A stretch of 13,207 nt of DNA from Methanobacteriota archaeon (GTDB taxonomy: Archaea > JAADCQ01 > Methanopyri > Methanopyrales > Methanopyraceae), in assembly GCA_027064305.1 (NCBI GenBank), contig JAMOPY010000041.1, forward strand, positions 1 to 13,207. The letters are read 5' to 3'. How positions within the stretch are numbered: position 1 is the first letter of the stretch; each line of letters opens with the position of its first letter. The position numbers were made by a program, and so were the translations under genes. The notes below the pieces were generated by a model. The model did not search any database. It was not told where the DNA came from and saw nothing but the letters and a program-made list of their open reading frames with translations. Of the stretch, positions 6,523-13,207 are shown piece by piece.

Positions 6523-7182
6523 CTGAAGGTCGCCGGCCTCCGGCCCGTCAGCTGTTCGGACGGGCTGCCGGGCGAAGTCTGCTCGGTGGTGTGGGTCCAG
6601 GGGTGCCCGCTGCGGTGCCCGTGGTGCCACAACCCGGAGCTGCGGCCCGCAACCGGAGGCACAGAGATGTCGCCCGACGAGGTGGCGGACCGGGTGAAGC
6701 GGCGCTCGGACTACCTGGACGCCGTGATCGTCTCGGGCGGGGAGCCGCTGACCCAGCCGCTCGACGAGCTCCGGGAGCTTTGCCGACGGATCCGCCGGCT
6801 GGGCCTGTCCCCCGTCCTGGACACCTCCGGGTACCCGGCGGAGCGGCTGGATCGCGTGGCGGACGCGTTCGATCGGGTGGCCCTCGACCTCAAGGCCCCG
6901 CTGCGGGACCGGGACTACCTGCGCGCGACCGGGAACGTCATGGACGCGCTCGAGCTCCGGCGCGCGGTGAACGCCGTCCGGGGCCGGGTCGAGCTGGAGC
7001 TCAGGATCACCGCGCACCCCTACCTGCCCGACGACCGCGAGTCCCTGGTCCGATCCGTCAAAGAGATCGATCCGGACTACGTGGTCGTTCAGCGGTACGT
7101 CGGTGAGGGTGAGGGGCCCGATCCGCGCGAGCTCGCGGGCGCGCTGAGGGAGGTCGTCGGAGCGGTGTTCGTGAGGGTGTGA
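6523..7182 (+). CDS. Radical SAM protein, anaerobic ribonucleotide reductase activase-like (NrdG/PFL-activase group)
   Basis: It has CxxxCxxC (GCPLRCPWCHN), SGGEP, LDTSG and DLKAP. Family-like sequence extends upstream of the track start (6586) to a CTG at 6523 preceded by GGGGAGGGG. The start position is uncertain. Confidence 0.82.
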   Translation: MKVAGLRPVSCSDGLPGEVCSVVWVQGCPLRCPWCHNPELRPATGGTEMSPDEVADRVKRRSDYLDAVIVSGGEPLTQPLDELRELCRRIRRLGLSPVLDTSGYPAERLDRVADAFDRVALDLKAPLRDRDYLRATGNVMDALELRRAVNAVRGRVELELRITAHPYLPDDRESLVRSVKEIDPDYVVVQRYVGEGEGPDPRELAGALREVVGAVFVRV

Positions 7183-8564
7183 AGCCGTTGCGGGTGCGGT
7201 TCGAGGTCAAGGACCGGGACGTCGCCGGGCGCCTCGCCCGGTTCGAGGTGAACGGGCGCCGACTCGAGACGCCCGCCCTGCTCCCGGTCATCAACCCGAA
7301 CGACCCGGTGGTCCCGCCCAAGGAGATCGGTCGGATGGGTTTCGACGGGGTGATCACCAACGCGTACATCATCCGGAGGCACGAGCACCTGCGTCGGGAG
7401 GCGCTGGAGCGCGGCGTGCACGGGCTCCTGGACTTCGACGGGTTCGTCATGACCGACTCCGGCTCCTTCCAGCTCGCGGAGTACGGGGACGTGGACGTCA
7501 CCAACCGGGAGATCGTGCGGTTTCAGGCCCGGATCGGGTCGGACGTGGGCACCATCCTGGACATTCCCACCCCGCCCGACGCGCCCCGGGATCGGGCGGA
7601 GCGGGACGTGGAAACGACCGTCGAGCGGGCCCGGGAGGCCGCCTCGCTGGACGAGCGCCCGCCCCTGGCCCTGACCGTGCAAGGATCCACGTACGAGGAC
7701 CTGCGGCGGGAGTGCGCGGAGCGGCTCGCCGAGCTCCCGGCCGCGGTCTATCCGGTCGGCGGCGTCGTGCCCCTCCTGGAGGAGTACCGGTTCGCCGACG
7801 TCGTCCGCGTCGTCCTCGCCGCCAAGTCGGCCCTACCGCCCCACCGACCGGTGCACCTCTTCGGGTGCGGTCACCCGCTGGCGATCCCGCTGGCCGTCTG
7901 CATGGGGTGCGACCTGTTCGACTCCGCCTCCTACGCGATCTACGCGCGGACCGACCGGTACCTGTCCGTCCTCGGGACCCTCAGGCTGGAGGAGCTGCGT
8001 GAGTTCCCCTGCTCCTGCCCGGTCTGCACCCGGCACGATCCCGGGGAGCTGCGGGAGATGGACCGGGAGGAGCGGACGCGGCTGCTAGCGCGGCACAACC
8101 TCCACGAGCTGCACCGGGTGATCCGCACCGTCCGTCAGGCGATCGCCTCGGGGGAGCTGTGGGAGCTCGCCGAGTCCGTCTGCCGCGCGCACCCGGCCGC
8201 GTGGAGGGGGATGGAGGAGCTGTCCCGGCGCGGGGAGGAGCTGGAGCGATGGGTGCCCGGGACGCGACGGAGCGTCTTCGCGTTCGACGAGGTGTCCAAG
8301 GGGCGGCCGGAGCTGCGCCTGTACCGTCGTCGGCTCCGGGAGCGGTTCGGTCCGCTCGAGGGGCGAAGGCTCGTAAAGGGGCTCAAGAGACCCTTCGCCG
8401 AGCGGGTGGAGTGGCTCGAGCCCTGGGAGCTGGCCTTCGCCGACGAGTGGCTGGGAATCGTGCCCGGGGAGCTCTCGTGGACGTACCCGTGCCACTCCCT
8501 CGTGACGCCCGGGGATGATGAGGGTGAGGACCGACGGAGGGGTGAAGAGGGTCGCAGGCGCTGA
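7179..8564 (+). CDS. tgtA: Archaeosine tRNA-guanine(15) transglycosylase (ArcTGT), short form
   Basis: Motifs ETPALLPVINP, ITNAYII, MTDSGSFQL, VQGS, HLFGCGHP, GCDLFDSASY and the Zn site CSCPVC...HN are present. It has a GTGA overlap with the upstream gene. Confidence 0.92.
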   Translation: MKPLRVRFEVKDRDVAGRLARFEVNGRRLETPALLPVINPNDPVVPPKEIGRMGFDGVITNAYIIRRHEHLRREALERGVHGLLDFDGFVMTDSGSFQLAEYGDVDVTNREIVRFQARIGSDVGTILDIPTPPDAPRDRAERDVETTVERAREAASLDERPPLALTVQGSTYEDLRRECAERLAELPAAVYPVGGVVPLLEEYRFADVVRVVLAAKSALPPHRPVHLFGCGHPLAIPLAVCMGCDLFDSASYAIYARTDRYLSVLGTLRLEELREFPCSCPVCTRHDPGELREMDREERTRLLARHNLHELHRVIRTVRQAIASGELWELAESVCRAHPAAWRGMEELSRRGEELERWVPGTRRSVFAFDEVSKGRPELRLYRRRLRERFGPLEGRRLVKGLKRPFAERVEWLEPWELAFADEWLGIVPGELSWTYPCHSLVTPGDDEGEDRRRGEEGRRR

Positions 8565-9414
8565 GCTCGTGCTCTACCGGGAGGGGTCCTCGGAGTTCTA
8601 CGTGCCCGATCCGGACCGGTACTGCGAGGGCGGACTCCCCACCCGCGACGCCCCGATCGCCTTCGCCCCGAACGCGGCGGTCAACCGGTCGATTCTGGTG
8701 CTGTTCCATCGGGTCAACCGGATCGAGCGGTTCGGGGACGTGTTCTGCGGGGTGGGGGCCCGGGCCGTCCGGCTGCACCTTGAGGCGGGCGTCAGGGAGT
8801 CCGTGCTGTCCGACGTGAACCCGCTCGCCTGCCGCGTCGCCCGAATGAACGTCACCCGACACGGGCTCCGGGCCCGGGTCCACTGCCTCGACGCCGCGAT
8901 CGCGCTCTCCAGCTTCGACTTCGACGCGGTGGACCTGGACGTGCACGGGTCCCCCGTTCCGTTCGCCCAGGCCGCGTTCCGCGGCGTGGGGGACGGGTAC
9001 GTTCACCTCACGGCCACGGACCTGGAGTCCCTGTACACGCCCGCCGCCCGCCGGAAGTACCTGCTGGACGGTCCCCTGAGGGACCGGGATCCGGAGCTCG
9101 AGGCGCGCGTCATCGTGGGCGCGCTCGTGCGCCTGGCCGCCTCCGTCGACGTGGGTGCCTTCCCCCGGTACTGCCTCGTGGAGCCGGGGCTGCGCGTCCG
9201 CGTCTGCCTCGAGTGCCGCCGCGGTAAGTCGCACGCGAACCGGGCCCTGGAGCACCTGCGCCGCGAGCGGGGCGTGGGGCCCGTGTGGTCGGGCCCCCTG
9301 ACGGACGAGCGCACGCTGTCCCGGATGCGTCGGGAGCTGGATCGGGTGGACTGGCGGTCGGAGCACGTGCGCGAGGTGCGCCGGGCGCTGGGGAGTAACG
9401 TTTTGATCGCCTGA
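8515..9414 (+). CDS. Trm1-like SAM-dependent methyltransferase (divergent)
   Basis: It shows REG, NR, DVFCGVGARAVR (SAM motif I), SDVNP, DAVDLDVHGSP, LTATD and GPVWSGPL. The start may instead be 8518 or 8542. Confidence 0.75.
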   Translation: MMRVRTDGGVKRVAGAELVLYREGSSEFYVPDPDRYCEGGLPTRDAPIAFAPNAAVNRSILVLFHRVNRIERFGDVFCGVGARAVRLHLEAGVRESVLSDVNPLACRVARMNVTRHGLRARVHCLDAAIALSSFDFDAVDLDVHGSPVPFAQAAFRGVGDGYVHLTATDLESLYTPAARRKYLLDGPLRDRDPELEARVIVGALVRLAASVDVGAFPRYCLVEPGLRVRVCLECRRGKSHANRALEHLRRERGVGPVWSGPLTDERTLSRMRRELDRVDWRSEHVREVRRALGSNVLIA

Positions 9415-9443
9415 TCGGACCATGGTCCCTCGGGCCCTCGGCC

Positions 9444-11066
9444 TTGAACGAGGTCGTGAGGGAGGTGGAGCAGGTCCGCGGGGCGAGGGTCGCGCGGACG
9501 CTCGCGACGCAGCACCCGGACGCGACCAAGTCCGTGCGAGTGCAGGAGGAGCCGGAGGAGGCAGTGGAGTGCCTCACCAGGTTCGGCATCGAGGAGTACA
9601 TGATCGACTTCGAGGGAAAGCTCACCCCGTACCTGCAGCCCGTGCAGGTGCTCATGGAGCTGCACGACGCGGGCGTGGAGGTGGGAGAGGACCGGTTCGT
9701 GATCGTCCGGGTGCCGAGCGCGTCCAAGGAGAACGTGCTCCGGCAGATCCAGGCGCTGCTGGGCGTGATGGAGGCCAACTCCGAGCTGTTTAAGGAGAAC
9801 CCGGACGCGCGCGGGATCTTCGAGGTCGTGCACCCCATGACGGCCTCGCCCGAGGAGCTGCTCGACACCGCGGACCGCATCTCCTACGCCCGACGGTTCG
9901 CCTCCCGCGAGCTGGACGCGCCCCTGAGCGCGGGCCACCTGCGCATCATCCCGCTCATCGAGGAGGTGCCGGAGCTTCTGAACATCCGGCAGATACTGAA
10001 GGGCTACGTGGACGGCATGCGCGACATCGGGATGGACGTGAGCTACCTCCGGGTCTTCATCGGTCGGTCCGACCCGGCCCTCTCCTACGGGCACGTGCCC
10101 GCCGTCCTGGCCTGCAAGTACGCGATCTTCCAGGTGTACGAGCTCGTGGACGAGCTGGGCGTGCCGATGGCTCCCATCCTTGGCGGCGGTTGCCTACCCT
10201 TCCGGGGCCACGTCAAGCCCGGGGTGGAGGACGACTTCACCCAGGAGTACGCCGGCGCGGCCACGTACACCATCCAGTCGGGGTTCCGGTACGACCACGA
10301 CGAGGACCTGGCCATCCGGTCCGTCCACCGCATCAACGAGCTCGCCGCCAACGAGCCGCTCGAGCTCTCCGACGACGACGTGGAGTACCTGATCCTCTCG
10401 ACCGGCATCTTCGTGAAGCACTACCTGAGCGTCTTCTTCCGCTGCATCGGAACCATCAACATCGTCTCCGACCTGATCCCCAACACCCGGGACCGACTCG
10501 CCCGAAAGGGTCCCGTCGGGTACGCCAGAGACATCCCGGAGCCGGACAAGGTGGGCGAGCTCTGCAAGCGCGTCAACGACGACGTGGGGCGCGAGCTCTA
10601 CCGCGAGCTCCGACGCATGCGGGTCGAGAAGCTCCCGGAGCTCCCGCGCGCCATCAAGTTCACCGGCGCGTGCTACACCGTCGGGATGCCGCCCGAGCTC
10701 ATCGGCACCGGTCGCGGGCTCGCCGAGGTGGAGGAGCGCCTGGGCGAGGACGCCCTGGACGCCCTCCTCTCCCGACTGTACCCGATGCTCCGACGGGACC
10801 TGCAGTTCGCCGTCGAGCACACCTTCCTGGAGACGGCCGGGGCCGTCCTCCCCACGACCGGCGTCTCCATGGTGAACGCGGACCTCGAGTACTGCGTCGA
10901 GTACCTGGACCTCGAGCCGCCCTCCGACTTCGAGTACCAGAACCTGGTCCACACGCTGGAGCCCTACCTCCGGTACGTGGTCGCGGAGGGCGGCGTCGAG
11001 GAGGTCAACCCGTTCGTCCGCAACCTCCTCTTGGAGATGGGCCGCATGCGAGGCTCACTGGGCTGA
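9444..11066 (+). CDS. ppcA: Archaeal-type phosphoenolpyruvate carboxylase
   Basis: Motifs ATQHPD, DFEGK, IIPLIE, RVFIGRSDPALSYG, LPFRGH, TIQS and LPRAIKFTG are present, with C-terminal RGSLG. The exact start is uncertain (TTG 9444). Confidence 0.93.
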   Translation: MNEVVREVEQVRGARVARTLATQHPDATKSVRVQEEPEEAVECLTRFGIEEYMIDFEGKLTPYLQPVQVLMELHDAGVEVGEDRFVIVRVPSASKENVLRQIQALLGVMEANSELFKENPDARGIFEVVHPMTASPEELLDTADRISYARRFASRELDAPLSAGHLRIIPLIEEVPELLNIRQILKGYVDGMRDIGMDVSYLRVFIGRSDPALSYGHVPAVLACKYAIFQVYELVDELGVPMAPILGGGCLPFRGHVKPGVEDDFTQEYAGAATYTIQSGFRYDHDEDLAIRSVHRINELAANEPLELSDDDVEYLILSTGIFVKHYLSVFFRCIGTINIVSDLIPNTRDRLARKGPVGYARDIPEPDKVGELCKRVNDDVGRELYRELRRMRVEKLPELPRAIKFTGACYTVGMPPELIGTGRGLAEVEERLGEDALDALLSRLYPMLRRDLQFAVEHTFLETAGAVLPTTGVSMVNADLEYCVEYLDLEPPSDFEYQNLVHTLEPYLRYVVAEGGVEEVNPFVRNLLLEMGRMRGSLG

Positions 11067-12116
11067 CGGCGGTCTGGACAGCACCACCGACGAGAACAGA
11101 CCCTCCAGCGCGCCCACCTCCCCGCGATCCACCAGGCAGTGGTGATTACCCCTGGGCTCGAACCCGCTCACCCTCACCTCCGCCTGCACCCTGCACTGAT
11201 CCTCCCGCCACGACGTCCCCACGACGTCAACCCGCCACACCTCTGGGTACCGGGCCAGCCCGAAGGCGCCCGAACCGACGCACCCCCGCACCGCGTGAGG
11301 GGCGCCGGTCTCCAGGTGATCGCAGGGCTCCGGCCCCTCCACCAGCTCCAGCGGGCAGGCGCAGTGGGCCAGCCGCACCCGCTCACCCTCCCACTCCACC
11401 ACGTTGGCCACGAACGGCTGCCTCCGACAGGCCAACACGGTCAACAGCGCGGTCGCGTCCCCCTCGCAGCAGTACCCTCCCCGGGCCGAGAAGTAGAGGC
11501 ACGGAACCGCCCCGTACTCCTCGTACAGGCCGAAGCAGTCCCCCGTAATCACGCCCGCCCCCTCCCGCTCGGCCAGCGCGTGGAGCCTCCCCGCCAGCTC
11601 CAGGAACCCCTCGTCCAACGACCGAACGTCCACGCCCGCCGAGGAGAGCAGCCTCCTGACCTCCCGGAGGGCGGGCTCGACGTCGGCGAGCTCATCCACG
11701 TCCACCGCGATCGCGTTCAAGTACGGCAGCTCGGTCGGCTCCACGCTCCGGACCCAGTCGCACTTGCCCCCCAGCACGAGTACCTTCCTCTCAACGAGCC
11801 GCCGGAAGGCCTCGACCACGGCTCCACAATCCTCCACGCTCACCGGCGACAGACCGACCTCCAGCGCGGCGGCGAGGGAGTTGTAGCGGGGCCAGTACAG
11901 CGGGAGTAGGGCCGGGCACCGCTCCATCAACGCCTCGAGGACGTCCTCGGTCCCGCCGGTGGCGACCAGCGCGACCGCCGGATCCTCCGGCGCCCGCTCC
12001 GGGTCGGTGACCACCTCGATACGGTCCAGCCCCAACCCCCTCAGCCGGTCCTTCGCCTCCCGGATCGTGCCCCTGTCCGCCAGCTCGGAGGCCGCGACGA
12101 CGCCCACGACCCTCAA
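11055..12116 (-). CDS. L-fucose/arabinose isomerase-like (FucI-related) protein
   Basis: Motifs ATGGTE, NSLAAALE, CF, PCL, CEGD, LAHC and GNHH resemble uncharacterised FucI-like proteins. TTG start, overlapping the upstream stop by 4 nt. Confidence 0.62.
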   Translation of the reverse strand: MRVVGVVAASELADRGTIREAKDRLRGLGLDRIEVVTDPERAPEDPAVALVATGGTEDVLEALMERCPALLPLYWPRYNSLAAALEVGLSPVSVEDCGAVVEAFRRLVERKVLVLGGKCDWVRSVEPTELPYLNAIAVDVDELADVEPALREVRRLLSSAGVDVRSLDEGFLELAGRLHALAEREGAGVITGDCFGLYEEYGAVPCLYFSARGGYCCEGDATALLTVLACRRQPFVANVVEWEGERVRLAHCACPLELVEGPEPCDHLETGAPHAVRGCVGSGAFGLARYPEVWRVDVVGTSWREDQCRVQAEVRVSGFEPRGNHHCLVDRGEVGALEGLFSSVVLSRPPSAQ

Positions 12117-13207
12117 GCCGTCTTGGCCCTCCGGTACTCGTTGAGCGTGACGAGGGTCAGCTCCTCCGGGTCGGTGATGTGGTACGAACGGCCCCCGGTG
12201 ATGCTGGCGATCTGCTCGATGAGCTGGCGGCCCTCCCGGGGCAGCCGAACCCCGATCGTGGAGATGGTAACGCCCCGCCGGGCCGCCGCGATCGCCTCGG
12301 ACACGGCCTTCGTCTCCGGGTCCGGCTCGCCCTTCGTCGGTATCCCGTCGGTCAGCAGGATCATGTGCCAGCCGCGGTCCCGCCCCCCGCTCCGCTCGAA
12401 CAGCCGCACGCCCACCCGGATGGCGTCCCCCACGTCGGTGGCGCCGCCCGGCTTCAGGGAGATCACCCGGGTGATGATCCGCTCCACGTCCGACGTGATG
12501 TCGGTGACCACCCGGGCCCGGGAGTTGAACTCAACGATCCCCACCCGGTCCCGGTGCCGGAGGCTGAAGTGCGTGAGGGCGATGGCCGCCCGCTTGGCCG
12601 CGTCGATCCGGTCCCCCGCCATGCTGCCCGAGGTGTCGATCACGTACACGAGGTCGAGCCTCACCTCCTCCTCGCGGTCGCGCGCCCTCAGGTCCTCAGG
12701 CAACACCCTCCGACGACCCCTGCGGACCGACGTGCGGATGGACTTGCGCACGTCGATGGTGCTGTAGGGGTCGCCCCGACGGTACTCCCGGGCGTACCCT
12801 CGGTCCCCCGTCCCGTGCACGCTCAACCGCTTGGCCGCGTGCTGACCGAACTCCCTACCCTCGAACGCCTCCAGCTCCTCAACCAGCGCGGAGAAGGCCG
12901 CCAGCTCCTTCCCCTTCGTCGTGATGCTCACGCCGCCCTGGTAAGAGGGCCGAATGAATCCCAGCTCCTCCAGCACCTCCAGACGCTCCCGGATCCGCCC
13001 CTCCAACTCGTCGATGAACGAGTAATCGTGCTGGCGCCGCGCGATCTCCTCGTACCGGTACCCCGTGATGTCCTCGATGAACTCCCGTCCGTACCGGCTC
13101 TTCACGTGGGCCGCGCTCGTGACCAGCGTCTCCGCCAGCTGATCCGGGCGCAGGTACTCGATCCCGCGGTTCAAGAGGCTCCTGAGCACCCGGGCCGAGA
13201 ACACGTA
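12113..13207 (-). CDS. vWA (MIDAS) domain protein, ChlD/Mg-chelatase-subunit-like, 5'-truncated
   Basis: It has REYRRGD, IDVRKSIR, VIDTSGSM (DxSxS), GGATD and LLTDG. The frame stays open to the window end (TAC GTG TTC...), so the start probably lies outside the window. Confidence 0.82.
   Translation of the reverse strand, partial: YVFSARVLRSLLNRGIEYLRPDQLAETLVTSAAHVKSRYGREFIEDITGYRYEEIARRQHDYSFIDELEGRIRERLEVLEELGFIRPSYQGGVSITTKGKELAAFSALVEELEAFEGREFGQHAAKRLSVHGTGDRGYAREYRRGDPYSTIDVRKSIRTSVRRGRRRVLPEDLRARDREEEVRLDLVYVIDTSGSMAGDRIDAAKRAAIALTHFSLRHRDRVGIVEFNSRARVVTDITSDVERIITRVISLKPGGATDVGDAIRVGVRLFERSGGRDRGWHMILLTDGIPTKGEPDPETKAVSEAIAAARRGVTISTIGVRLPREGRQLIEQIASITGGRSYHITDPEELTLVTLNEYRRAKTA

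Noticed and set aside
1-13207. CRISPR arrays, tRNA/rRNA genes, transposases/integrases, inteins
   Set aside because: None seen by eye. Intergenic gaps are too short, there are no regularly spaced repeats, and no protein shows an unexplained large insertion.

Overview
This is a very GC-rich, gene-dense archaeal window. Its gene content, acidic proteins and frequent GTG/TTG starts point to a hyperthermophilic methanogen such as Methanopyrus (inference). From left to right it contains: (1) the 3' end of a membrane-protein gene; (2) a minus-strand F420-non-reducing [NiFeSe] hydrogenase operon vhuG-vhuA-vhuU; (3) a divergent Ni/Co ECF transporter (M-Q-O) plus a creatininase-family amidohydrolase; (4) a small convergent hypothetical gene; (5) a plus-strand run of rnhB, a radical SAM activase, tgtA, a divergent Trm1-like methyltransferase and archaeal ppcA; (6) convergent minus-strand genes for a fucose-isomerase-like protein and a 5'-truncated vWA/MIDAS protein. 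The main feature missed by the ORF track is vhuU (263-388, -). It is a 41-aa selenoprotein with an in-frame UGA in the Ni-binding motif (D-I-U-L-S-C-A-A-H), followed by a textbook archaeal GAA/A SECIS hairpin (214-245, -). Other oddities are a probable CTG start, a His-to-Phe H-loop change in the ECF ATPase, a degenerate Trm1 paralog and a short ArcTGT.
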